DNA of 64,000 bases from Candidatus Omnitrophota bacterium (GTDB taxonomy: Bacteria > Omnitrophota > Gorgyraeia > Gygaellales > JAMWDD01): assembly GCA_028717645.1 (NCBI GenBank), contig JAQUNK010000001.1, forward strand, positions 4,184 to 68,183, in the 5' to 3' direction. Of the stretch, positions 9,483-18,009 are shown piece after piece; within the stretch, counting starts at the first letter, position 1; every line of letters starts with the position of its first letter. Both the position numbers and the translations under genes were made by a program. Under the pieces are notes generated by a model, which was given only the letters and a program-made list of their open reading frames with translations, had not been told where the DNA came from and ran no database searches.

Positions 9483-10843
9483 AAATAAAAACATTATTCT
9501 TTTTTCTTTATCTGGCGGCATTTTTTCTTTGTACCTCTAGCGCCCAAGGCATCACAGACATTCTGCCTTTTGAAAAAACGGACAGGGTGCTCTTTATGGC
9601 CCCGCATCCGGATGATGAGGCCATAGGCACCGGCGGGCTGATCCAGCAGGCAGTGAGCCAGGGATTGCCGGTAAAGGTGGTCTATTTTACCAATGGAGAT
9701 AATAACCAGCTTGCTTTTATCGTTTATGAAAAGCGCATCTTATTTCGTAAGGGCGCTTTTGTCTTTATGGGTGAAGTAAGGCGTAAGGAAGCGATAAAAG
9801 CAATGGGTTTAGCCGGCATAGATAAAAAGAGTTTAATATTTTTAGGATATCCGGATTTCGGCACCATGCATATTTTTACCAAATATTGGATGGATAAGGT
9901 TCCTTTCAGGAGCATGCTTACCCGCGTTACCGAGGTACCCTATAAAGAATGTTTTTCTTACCGTGCTTCTTATACCGGAGAAAGCATCCTGATAGATCTA
10001 AAGACCATCTTAGAGGACTTTATGCCGACAAAAATTTTTGTTTCCCATCCGGTTGATGCCAATGTTGACCACCGCGCGTTTTATTTATTTTTACGGGTTG
10101 CTTTATGGGACCTGGAAAAAAACATCAAGGCCCCCATAATTTATCCTTATCCTGTCCATTCCGTGGGTTGGCCTAAGCCGCGCGGTTTCCATCCCGACCT
10201 AGACTTAAGGCCTCCTGAAACGCTGGCCGGAGCGGATATCCGGTGGTTCAAATTTGATTTGGATAAGAAAAAAATAGAAAAGAAAAGATCGATGATCTCC
10301 TGTTACCGCAGCCAGATCCAATATAATCCGCCTTATCTTTTCTCCTTTGACCGTAAAAATGAATTAGTAGGCGATTTTCCCGATATTACGGTTACCGAAC
10401 AGATAGGCCAGGTAAATTGGCAGGGGATAAAAGAAGAACTTGGCAGTTCGCAGGTCTCCGATACGGACAGCGAAGAGTCTTTTGAAGGCGTATCTTATGC
10501 GCAAAAGAACGGCATACTCTACATCAGAATGGAATTAAAAAAAATATTGAGTGTAAATATGGGGATAAACGTTTTTCTCTTCGGCTACAATAAACATGTT
10601 CCTTTCGCGGCCATGCCCAAGATCCGTATTCGCATAGGATTCCGCGGTAACACCATAGTTTATGATAAACGCAGGCAGATCTCTATACCCGGGCTCCAAG
10701 TGAAGCAGGGAGAGAAAGAATTATTCGTCCAGGTCCCATTAGCAAGAATAAATAACCCCGATTATATCTTGAGTGCTGTATTGGCCTCCAATAAAGGCTT
10801 ACCTTCCTACGAAACGGCATGGCGGATCCTGAAATTAAAATAA
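9479..10843 (+). CDS. Secreted LmbE/PIG-L-family N-acetylglucosaminyl deacetylase with a roughly 200-aa C-terminal extension
   Basis: Signal peptide, then the HPDDE zinc-binding motif (FMAPHPDDEAIGTGG) and a later H-x-x-H region, then a long extra C-terminal domain. Confidence 0.7.
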   Translation: MKIKTLFFFLYLAAFFLCTSSAQGITDILPFEKTDRVLFMAPHPDDEAIGTGGLIQQAVSQGLPVKVVYFTNGDNNQLAFIVYEKRILFRKGAFVFMGEVRRKEAIKAMGLAGIDKKSLIFLGYPDFGTMHIFTKYWMDKVPFRSMLTRVTEVPYKECFSYRASYTGESILIDLKTILEDFMPTKIFVSHPVDANVDHRAFYLFLRVALWDLEKNIKAPIIYPYPVHSVGWPKPRGFHPDLDLRPPETLAGADIRWFKFDLDKKKIEKKRSMISCYRSQIQYNPPYLFSFDRKNELVGDFPDITVTEQIGQVNWQGIKEELGSSQVSDTDSEESFEGVSYAQKNGILYIRMELKKILSVNMGINVFLFGYNKHVPFAAMPKIRIRIGFRGNTIVYDKRRQISIPGLQVKQGEKELFVQVPLARINNPDYILSAVLASNKGLPSYETAWRILKLK

Positions 10844-11469
10844 GGAAATACGAAAAAAAAGACCGGCAGTTTATCAGGGAAATTGCTTGTGCTACTGCTT
10901 TTATCGGCAAAGATTCAAGCGCATTTTTCGACGATAGAGAGATCATGGCTGATGCCCTGACGCTATATTTTACGGATTATGAACCGGAATCATGTTTCGT
11001 CGCCGAAAATAAAAATGAGATCATAGGATATCTTACCGGCACTAAAGACGAAGCGGCAATGAATAAAGTATCCGGCGCCAAAATATTCTGGCCGTTATTC
11101 CTTAAATCTCTAAAAAAGGGCGCTTTATTCCGTAAAAAGAACTTTGTTTTCCTTTTACACTGCCTGATCAGTTCTTTAAAAGGAGAATTCAGGCTTCCGG
11201 TATCCCTCAAAGAATATCCTGCGGTATTGCATATTAATTTAAAAGAGGGGTCCCGCAGTTTAGGCATCGGTGCCGGGCTAATAAAGGCATATCTGGATTA
11301 TCTTAAAGAAAACAAAGTGCAGGGTGTACACTTGGCCACTATGTCTAGCCGCGCAGCGGATTTTTTCAGCCAGCAGGGCTTTAAATTATTGTTCAGTGCC
11401 AAGAGGTCATATTTTAGCCACATCTTGCACGAAGATATCACAGTTTATGTCTATGGCAGGCATTTATGA
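10819..11469 (+). CDS. GNAT-family N-acetyltransferase
   Basis: About 216 aa with the GNAT-like core GIGAGLIKAYLDYL (motif A-like R/Q-x-x-G-x-G/A). Confidence 0.5.
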   Translation: MADPEIKIRKYEKKDRQFIREIACATAFIGKDSSAFFDDREIMADALTLYFTDYEPESCFVAENKNEIIGYLTGTKDEAAMNKVSGAKIFWPLFLKSLKKGALFRKKNFVFLLHCLISSLKGEFRLPVSLKEYPAVLHINLKEGSRSLGIGAGLIKAYLDYLKENKVQGVHLATMSSRAADFFSQQGFKLLFSAKRSYFSHILHEDITVYVYGRHL

Positions 11470-11687
11470 AGATATCCGTTAAGGTAAAACCCAATGCCCG
11501 GCAGGCAAAAGTCGAAGAAATAGGGCAAAATAGCTTCGTGGTCTGGGTTAAGGCTAAGCCGGTAGAGGGAAAAGCCAACCAAGCGGTAATCAAGGCCCTG
11601 GCGGATCATTTTCACCTGCCGCAGTCCGCGATCAGCCTACTAAAGGGCCAAACTTTCAAAGAAAAGTTATTTGAGATAAGTTTGTAA
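11466..11687 (+). CDS. DUF167 (YggU/UPF0235) family protein
   Basis: A 73-aa protein with the typical DUF167 pattern VKVKPNARQ ... EGKAN ... LA. ATGA overlap with the GNAT gene. Confidence 0.7.
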   Translation: MKISVKVKPNARQAKVEEIGQNSFVVWVKAKPVEGKANQAVIKALADHFHLPQSAISLLKGQTFKEKLFEISL

Positions 11688-11760
11688 CTATAAGAAATCA
11701 TTATAGTTGGGCTATAAGTTTGACAAGGCCGCCATTTTTTCTGGCAAATCTCCGATTTTG

Positions 11761-11769
11761 TGTTATACT
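11761..11769 (+). promoter_or_regulatory. Candidate extended -10 promoter element (TGtTATACT) for rlpA
   Basis: TGn + TATACT lies about 118 nt upstream of the rlpA start. The nearest TTGACA is 38 nt away, so it was not used. Confidence 0.25.
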
Positions 11770-11886
11770 TTAAAGACGTTATTCACGTAAGTTCGATTTG
11801 ATCCTTAGTCTAATCTAAGGTGTTTTCGCCATCCAAATCCTAAATCCTTAAAGCAGGCAAATTATATACAAAGGAGTTTCTGTCGA

Positions 11887-12309
11887 ATGGCCACTTTATC
11901 TTTAGAAACAAGTGTTGATACTATGACTAAAAGGCTGGTTTTGGCCGCATTATTATGGTTTACGCTTTGTGAGTGCGCTGCAGCCAAGATCCTGGACAGG
12001 CCAGGCTTAGGCATCGTCGCCATCCACCAAGGCAAGGCTTCTTATTACGGCAAACAATTCCATGGCAGAAAAACAGCCAGCGGAGAAAGATTCAATATGC
12101 ACAAACTTACTGCTGCGCATCGTAAGCTTGCCTTAGGCACGGTAGTAAAAGTGACTAATTTAGATAACGGCAAGTCCGTAGTAGTGGTGATCAATGACCG
12201 CGGGCCGTATATAAAAGGAAGGGATATCGACTTATCCAAAGGCGCAGCCAAACGGATCGGCATGGTGCATAAGGGCGTAGTCAAGGTTAAGATCGAAAAG
12301 CTGAATTAA
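11887..12309 (+). CDS. rlpA: Septal ring lytic transglycosylase RlpA-family protein (DPBB domain)
   Basis: Signal peptide plus DPBB motifs ASYYG ... [10 protein letters not shown] ... AAH ... LALGT ... VTNL ... [14 protein letters not shown]. Confidence 0.8.
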   Translation: MATLSLETSVDTMTKRLVLAALLWFTLCECAAAKILDRPGLGIVAIHQGKASYYGKQFHGRKTASGERFNMHKLTAAHRKLALGTVVKVTNLDNGKSVVVVINDRGPYIKGRDIDLSKGAAKRIGMVHKGVVKVKIEKLN

Positions 12310-12341
12310 ATAAGAGTATAAATCAGGTTCATTTTTACCTA

Positions 12342-12375
12342 AAACCCAAGCATTTTTTTGCTTGGGTTTTTTATT
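12342..12375 (+). terminator. Rho-independent terminator downstream of rlpA
   Basis: AAACCCAAGC-atttttt-GCTTGGGTTT hairpin followed directly by a T6 run, 33 nt after the rlpA stop. Confidence 0.65.
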
Positions 12376-12480
12376 TTCATCAGGTATAATAATGCAAGAT
12401 AAATAGAATAGTTGATCAGGGCATTTTTTGCGTATGTTTTTGTTTACCAGTGAGTTTGGTTTATACAATAAGAGGAAAAA

Positions 12481-12711
12481 ATGCAGATCGCGATTGGTTT
12501 GACCTTCCCGAATGTTTTGCAGGATGAAGCTGTATTGTGCCGCGTTTGCAAGCAGTTTGACGTAGAATTGAGCATAATCGAAGCTTCATTTTCTTCTGTT
12601 TCCGGATGGGCCATCCTTAAGATAGCGGGCGAAGAGGATGAGATCAGGAGAACCTTTGAGTATCTAAACGGCCGGGGCATCAAAATTCAGCAGATAGAAA
12701 TAAAAAGATAA
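12481..12711 (+). CDS. Small NIL/ACT-like-fold protein (hypothetical)
   Basis: A 76-aa protein whose pattern (IAIGLTF ... SGWAILKIAGEEDEI ... GIKIQQIEI) resembles NIL-domain proteins. It is preceded by an AGAGGAAAAA SD-like stretch. Confidence 0.35.
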   Translation: MQIAIGLTFPNVLQDEAVLCRVCKQFDVELSIIEASFSSVSGWAILKIAGEEDEIRRTFEYLNGRGIKIQQIEIKR

Positions 12712-12722
12712 TGGAGGATTCT

Positions 12723-13061
12723 ATGCAGATCGCGAATCTGGAAGGTAAATTGGTGCTCTTTAAATTTTCCGAGGAAATAAGAACTGACCTGGCGTTGTTC
12801 CAGATCTATAAGGATGAAGTATGGGCCCTGGTAACGGGTGTGGAGAATGAGGGGGTTTGGATAGAAAATCCGGCATACGAACTGGGGATCTGGTGGGATG
12901 AGAAAGGCAATCTTATTCCGCAGCATAAGCAGGTAAAAGAAAAGGTGAAGGCGCACATTTTTATCGCCTTTCGTTACATCAAGGCATTGATGAGCGTGGA
13001 AGATGAGCGGTTCCAGAAATCCAAGAGCGAAAGGATGCCGGGTTTTAATGTCTATAAATAA
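12723..13061 (+). CDS. Hypothetical protein
   Basis: GGAGG SD at 12713-12717 with an ATG 5 nt downstream. The ORF-track start at 12711 falls inside the SD. No recognisable domain. Confidence 0.4.
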   Translation: MQIANLEGKLVLFKFSEEIRTDLALFQIYKDEVWALVTGVENEGVWIENPAYELGIWWDEKGNLIPQHKQVKEKVKAHIFIAFRYIKALMSVEDERFQKSKSERMPGFNVYK

Positions 13062-13977
13062 AATCGCGAAGCAGATAATGAAGAATCCAATTAAGTTCCT
13101 GGTGCTATGCCTGATTATTTTTAGCGTGTCTAGCGGCTGCACGGGCAGAACAACCGATATCCGCAAGGCAAAGATAAAGAAGGTGAAGGCCGGCGATATA
13201 GAAATAGCCTATAAAACCATCGGCCGCGGTTATCCTTTGATCATGATCATGGGTTATAGCGCGACAATGGATATCTGGAGCCCGCGGCTGTTGAAGGACC
13301 TGGCCAGGTATTATAAAGTGATTGTGTTTGATAACCGCGGTATGGGTGAGACTTCTTTTTCAGAACAGATGTTTTCCATAGAATTATTTGCGGATGATAC
13401 CGCGCATCTTATGGATGCGCTGGGGATAAAAAAAGCAAATATCTTAGGCTGGTCTATGGGTACAAATATCGCTTTGGACTTTGTTTTGGAATATCCCGAT
13501 AGAGTAAATAAACTTATTCTTTATGCCGGTGATTGCGGAGGCCAGGAAGATATCTGGCCGGCTCCGGAAGTCATGGAGGCGCTGGGAGATGTTTCGGGAA
13601 CTTTTGAAGAGAGAGGTAAGCGCATGCTTAAACTCCTATTCCCCGAAGATTGGCTGAAACAGCATCCTGACCCGCGCAAGTATTTTCCTCTACCGCGGGA
13701 AAAAGTGCTGGCGGAGAATGTCGTACGCCAGCTGGGCGCGATGGAAAAATGGCAGGGCGCCTACGAACGCCTGCAGGAGATAAAACAGCCGACTTTACTG
13801 GTAATCGGCACAGAAGACGTGCTTACGCCGCTAAAAAATTCCTTTATCATTGCTGAAAAAATCCCGGGCGCCTGGCTGGCAGAGTTTAAAGGCGCCGGGC
13901 ACGGGCTGATGTACCAGTATCCCAAGACCCTGAGTAATCTTTTGCTTACTTTTCTTAGAGAAGAGTATAATCGTTAG
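13048..13977 (+). CDS. Alpha/beta-hydrolase fold protein (secreted esterase/lipase-like)
   Basis: N-terminal hydrophobic signal, the nucleophile elbow GWSMG (G-x-S-x-G), and a C-terminal GAGHG. The start was chosen at the internal ATG to limit overlap. Confidence 0.7.
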   Translation: MSINKIAKQIMKNPIKFLVLCLIIFSVSSGCTGRTTDIRKAKIKKVKAGDIEIAYKTIGRGYPLIMIMGYSATMDIWSPRLLKDLARYYKVIVFDNRGMGETSFSEQMFSIELFADDTAHLMDALGIKKANILGWSMGTNIALDFVLEYPDRVNKLILYAGDCGGQEDIWPAPEVMEALGDVSGTFEERGKRMLKLLFPEDWLKQHPDPRKYFPLPREKVLAENVVRQLGAMEKWQGAYERLQEIKQPTLLVIGTEDVLTPLKNSFIIAEKIPGAWLAEFKGAGHGLMYQYPKTLSNLLLTFLREEYNR

Positions 13978-13988
13978 GGAGGTTCGGG

Positions 13989-14144
13989 ATGAAAATAGGA
14001 AAATGCGAGGTAAAAGTTTTCAAGATCAAGAACAGAAATGGTTACGCCGCTATTTGCTGCAATAATCTTACGGAAGGCAAAACCGTCCAACAGGCCTATG
14101 ATCGGATGGTAAAGGCAGTACGCAGGACTGCTAAATCTAGATAA
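13989..14144 (+). CDS. Unannotated small ORF (51 aa), possibly a HicB/UPF0150-like fold
   Basis: Strong GGGAGG SD 6 nt upstream of the ATG. The pattern NGYAAICCNNLTEGKTVQQAYDRMVKAV resembles HicB-like small proteins. Its stop lies just before the SD of the next gene. Confidence 0.35.
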   Translation: MKIGKCEVKVFKIKNRNGYAAICCNNLTEGKTVQQAYDRMVKAVRRTAKSR

Positions 14145-14163
14145 GAGAGGTAACGGAGGAACG

Positions 14164-15114
14164 ATGTTTCGCGAGAAGATCAAAGTATTAGATTGCACGA
14201 TAAGGGATGGGGGGCTGATCAATAACCATGGTTTTGAATTCAAATTCGTGCGTGCCGTGTATAAGGCCCTATCCGATGCGGGCGTCGATTACATGGAGAT
14301 AGGTTATAAGAATTCCAAGCGGCTATTTTCTTCTAAAGAATTCGGCGCATGGAAATTCTGCGATGACGCGGATATCCGTAAGGCCATCGATGGAATCGAA
14401 TCCAATACCAAAATTTCCGTAATGGTAGATGTGGATAGGGTTGATCCTGAAGACATACTGCCGCGTAAAGACAGCCCCGCGCATATGATCAGGGTCGCCT
14501 CCTATATAAAGGACATAGATAAGGCGATACACCTGGTGAATCATTTCGCGGATAAAGGCTATGAAACTACGGTAAACATTATGGCAATTTCCAAGGCCCT
14601 GGATAACGAATTGACCGAGGCGCTACAACAGCTGGAGAGCGAAAGCAAGGCGAAGGTTATTTATATCGTGGATAGTTTCGGTTCGTTATACCAGGAGACA
14701 ACGGAATTCTTGATCAAAAAGGCAAAAAATATTTTGAAGACCAAAGAAGTGGGAATGCACGCGCATAATAACCAACAGCTTGCTTTCGGTAATACCATCG
14801 AGGCGATCATCCACGACGCCAATTACGTGGACGGCACTATTTACGGGTTGGGCCGCGCAGCAGGGAACTGTCCTCTGGAATTGTTGTTGGGGTTCCTGAA
14901 GAATCCTAAGTTCGACATCCGGCCGATACTCGATGTGATTTCCAAAGAATTCATCCCTTTAAGGGAAAAAATAGAATGGGGTTATATCATTCCCTACGCG
15001 ATTACAGGGATATTGGATGAGCATCCCCGCGCGGCCATGGCACTACGTAACAGCGATAAAAAAGAGAATTATCGCGAATTCTACGAGAGCCTGGTCGGAG
15101 AAGATGAAGAATAA
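14164..15114 (+). CDS. DRE-TIM metallolyase, 4-hydroxy-2-oxovalerate aldolase (DmpG/HOA)-like
   Basis: N-terminal LDCTIRDGG (compare DVTLRDGSH in DmpG) and the metal-binding GMHAHNNQQLAFGNTIEAI ... GLGRAAGNCPLE (compare GMHAHHNLSLGVANS ... GMGAGAGNAPLE). Confidence 0.7.
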   Translation: MFREKIKVLDCTIRDGGLINNHGFEFKFVRAVYKALSDAGVDYMEIGYKNSKRLFSSKEFGAWKFCDDADIRKAIDGIESNTKISVMVDVDRVDPEDILPRKDSPAHMIRVASYIKDIDKAIHLVNHFADKGYETTVNIMAISKALDNELTEALQQLESESKAKVIYIVDSFGSLYQETTEFLIKKAKNILKTKEVGMHAHNNQQLAFGNTIEAIIHDANYVDGTIYGLGRAAGNCPLELLLGFLKNPKFDIRPILDVISKEFIPLREKIEWGYIIPYAITGILDEHPRAAMALRNSDKKENYREFYESLVGEDEE

Positions 15115-15116
15115 AA

Positions 15117-15761
15117 ATGGATGTAGCTGAATTTAAAAAGCTGCCGATCATGGGGATCTTGAGAGGCGTGGAGCCGGGTATGATAGAGCCACTGGTGGAA
15201 ACGGCGATCTCCGGCGGCCTGAAGACCCTAGAAATTACCATGAACACCGAAGGCGCTGCAGAATTAATCAGTAAAGCAGTAAGGTTAGCCCAAAAAAGAC
15301 TATGTATTGGGGCAGGCACGGTATTAAGCAAGGAAAGTTTAAAATCAGCGCTTGACGCCGGAGCGACATTTATCGTTACGCCGGTTTTGGTCGGTGATGT
15401 GATGGGTGTATGCAGGAAGAATAAGATTCCCGTATTCCCGGGGGCATTGAGCCCATCGGAGGTCTACCAGGCCTGGAAGGCAGGTGCAACTATGGTCAAA
15501 GTCTTTCCGGCCAAATTCTTCGGCCCGCATTATTTCAAAGAAATAAAAGGGCCGTTTAATGATATAGAGCTTCTGGCCTGTGCAGGCGTGACTCCGGAAA
15601 ATTTAGCGGAGTATTTTGCCAATGGCGCAAGCGCTGTCAGTTTTGGCGCCAGCGTATTCAGGCAGGACTGGCTTAAAGAAAGGGATTTTCAGAGTATAAA
15701 TAGAAGCATAAAAAGGTATTTAGAGGCATTCAGGGAAAAAGAGAAAGGAGGAGAGCAGTGA
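15117..15761 (+). CDS. eda: KDPG / KHG aldolase (Eda family)
   Basis: Class I aldolase TIM barrel with GAGTVL, the catalytic-lysine region MVKVFPA, and a length of about 214 aa. Confidence 0.8.
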   Translation: MDVAEFKKLPIMGILRGVEPGMIEPLVETAISGGLKTLEITMNTEGAAELISKAVRLAQKRLCIGAGTVLSKESLKSALDAGATFIVTPVLVGDVMGVCRKNKIPVFPGALSPSEVYQAWKAGATMVKVFPAKFFGPHYFKEIKGPFNDIELLACAGVTPENLAEYFANGASAVSFGASVFRQDWLKERDFQSINRSIKRYLEAFREKEKGGEQ

Positions 15762-16690
15762 AAAGTTCCAGGATCAGTTTTATAGGGTTAGTGGTATATA
15801 TATTTGTGCTCGGTGTTTTAGCTGAGGCCTTTGCCGCACCAGGAGGCATTGCTCCGGGTATCCGTGAACAAGAGCAGTTAACCGGGGTAGTAACTCCTCA
15901 AGAGGAAGAAGAATTCGTTAACGAAGTAGACACTTACGCCAGATATATGCCCAGCCGCAAGGTAGACGCACAGGCGGGAAAAGTGGCGATCGTAGAAACT
16001 AATGCCGGATATGCCTATAATTTAAAGGCCTTTGGAAAATTGCCTATCGAACTTTCTGTACAGAGCGAATATGTCGGAATAAATAATAGTACCGTTGTTA
16101 AGTTGCCTGCACATTTGACCGCCGTATCTACTGGCATTGAGGTAACATTACCATTTTTTACGCTTGAGAAAACATATATTCGTTTTGGGGTATCACCGAG
16201 CTACTATACCGACAACTGGAGTGCTGAATCCTCAGCTTTTCGTATACCCATCCTCACCTATCTTATTTATCAGCCGAATGAAAAACTGACCTTTGTTTTA
16301 GGTGTATCGGAAAGGCCGGATTTTTATAATGAAGAAGTAAGCCCTATCGTGGGCGTAATTTATAAACCAAACGATAAGTTGGCTTTTAACCTAGTTCCTC
16401 CGAGGCCAAACATTACTTATATGCTGAATAATAAACTCGGGGTATTTGTAGAAGGCGCATTGGCCTATGACGAATACGAAGTCACGCAAAATGGCCAAAA
16501 AGGCCTTATCCTGATGTATGAAAAAAAGCGTTTAGGTACCGGCCTAAAATATAAAGTCAACCGTTTTATCCAGGCCTGGGTCACAGTTGGTGGGGTATTC
16601 AATCAGACCTTGCAATATAGGGATAGCACCGGCAAGGTAAAGATGGATAATGGTTTTTATAGCGAAGTAAGGCTAAGAGCAAGATTCTAA
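15758..16690 (+). CDS. Outer-membrane beta-barrel protein (hypothetical)
   Basis: Signal peptide, alternating amphipathic beta-strand pattern, and a C-terminal RLRARF ending in Phe, which is the OMP C-terminal signature. Confidence 0.5.
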   Translation: MKSSRISFIGLVVYIFVLGVLAEAFAAPGGIAPGIREQEQLTGVVTPQEEEEFVNEVDTYARYMPSRKVDAQAGKVAIVETNAGYAYNLKAFGKLPIELSVQSEYVGINNSTVVKLPAHLTAVSTGIEVTLPFFTLEKTYIRFGVSPSYYTDNWSAESSAFRIPILTYLIYQPNEKLTFVLGVSERPDFYNEEVSPIVGVIYKPNDKLAFNLVPPRPNITYMLNNKLGVFVEGALAYDEYEVTQNGQKGLILMYEKKRLGTGLKYKVNRFIQAWVTVGGVFNQTLQYRDSTGKVKMDNGFYSEVRLRARF

Positions 16691-16706
16691 GCATTCAGTA
16701 CGCAGC

Positions 16707-17108
16707 ATGAAAATACAAATCTATTATCATCAGACCGACTGTGGTGGGGTGGTCTATTACGCAAAATACCTTGAATTCTTGGAAGAGGCACGTACAGAGT
16801 TCTTCGAGGAAAATGGTTTGCCTCTGACTGACCTGTATAAGGGAGGAGTTTTTTTTGTGGTCGCGCGGCAGGAAATAGATTATAAAGCGCCTGCCCATTA
16901 TCTGGACGTCCTGGATATCTCAACCTGGATCGAAGATGTGTCCAACGTGCGCGTGAATTTTGGGTACGAAATAAAAAATCAGGCAGGCAAGGTCATTGTC
17001 AGGGCAAAAACCATTATGGTTTGCGTTGATAAGAATTTAAGGCCCCAGGCCTTCCCTGAAGAAATAAAGAAAAGGTTGGAAGGCCTAAAAGTGCATGGTC
17101 CTAAATAA
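16707..17108 (+). CDS. Acyl-CoA thioesterase, 4HBT/YbgC hotdog family
   Basis: YHQTDCGGVVYYAKYLEFLEEARTEF matches the YbgC-type N-terminal catalytic region. Confidence 0.8.
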   Translation: MKIQIYYHQTDCGGVVYYAKYLEFLEEARTEFFEENGLPLTDLYKGGVFFVVARQEIDYKAPAHYLDVLDISTWIEDVSNVRVNFGYEIKNQAGKVIVRAKTIMVCVDKNLRPQAFPEEIKKRLEGLKVHGPK

Positions 17109-17619
17109 AAAAGAGATCGAAAAGCTGATCAAGGAAAAGGCGCTGGTCGAGGATTACGTTGATCTAGAGACCCAGGTGACCCCAAATGGTTTTGACCTTA
17201 CCGTAAGGGCGATTTCCGAGTTCGATAGCGCCGGCGCCCTGGATTTTTCCAATAAAGAAAGAAAAACTCCGCAGGGTAAAGAGGTAATCGCGCAAAAGCA
17301 ACAGCCGCAGGACCGCTTTGGCTGGTGGGAGCTTAAAAGAGGCGCTTATAAAATAGCCAGTAATGAAATAGTCAATCTTCCGAAAAACCTTATCGCTATG
17401 GCCTTTCCACGTAGCTCGCTTTTGAGGATGGGTGCTTTTTCCCAGAATGGCGTCTGGGACGCGGGTTTTCAGGGCAGGAGCGAGTTTATTCTTGTAGTTG
17501 AAAATCCCCACGGCATAAAGATCAAGCAAAATGCCCGGCTGATCCAACTTGTTTTTATCAGCATAGACGAAGTGGATAAGGGCTACAGCGGCATTTATCA
17601 GAACAACCACCAAAAATGA
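17095..17619 (+). CDS. dcd: dCTP deaminase (dUTPase superfamily)
   Basis: About 174 aa. The N-terminal MVLNKKEIEKLI resembles the dCTP deaminase start, and the C-terminal GYSGIYQNN matches the conserved Y-x-G-x-YQ tail. Confidence 0.7.
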   Translation: MVLNKKEIEKLIKEKALVEDYVDLETQVTPNGFDLTVRAISEFDSAGALDFSNKERKTPQGKEVIAQKQQPQDRFGWWELKRGAYKIASNEIVNLPKNLIAMAFPRSSLLRMGAFSQNGVWDAGFQGRSEFILVVENPHGIKIKQNARLIQLVFISIDEVDKGYSGIYQNNHQK

Positions 17620-18002
17620 AGTTCTTTAAATACTGGCTGCCGGTACTTATCTGGTGCACGCTGATTTTCTTTCTTTCCGGAACCCCCAATTTAAGTACGG
17701 GCTTGGGGGCCTGGGACGCGATCTTAAGGAAAGCCGCCCATATCATTGAGTATTTAATTTTAACTTTTCTTTTCTACCGTGCTTTTAAAGGAAGTTTTTC
17801 CCTGGTTCCATTTTATTCGCTAATATGGCCGTTTATTTTTTCTCTGCTTTATGCCTGCTCCGATGAAATTCACCAAAGGTTCGTCCCGACCAGGAACGGC
17901 AATATTATGGATATCTTTATTGATTTATTAGGTATAATTTCTTTCTTCATTTTGCTCAAATACAAAAAATCCCTATCTGATATGGCCTCGGAAAAACATT
18001 GA
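17616..18002 (+). CDS. VanZ-like family membrane protein
   Basis: 4 TM helices with the conserved DEIHQRFVPTRNGNIMDIFIDLLG motif. Confidence 0.75.
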   Translation: MKFFKYWLPVLIWCTLIFFLSGTPNLSTGLGAWDAILRKAAHIIEYLILTFLFYRAFKGSFSLVPFYSLIWPFIFSLLYACSDEIHQRFVPTRNGNIMDIFIDLLGIISFFILLKYKKSLSDMASEKH

Positions 18003-18009
18003 CTTTGTA

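Noticed and set aside
11741-11762. Sigma-54-like TGGCA ... TTTG element upstream of rlpA
   Set aside because: The GG-N10-GC spacing of the -24/-12 consensus is not satisfied.
11720-11769. TTGACA -35 box paired with the TATACT -10
   Set aside because: The spacing is 38 nt, far from the 16-19 nt optimum. Only the extended -10 element was retained, at low confidence.
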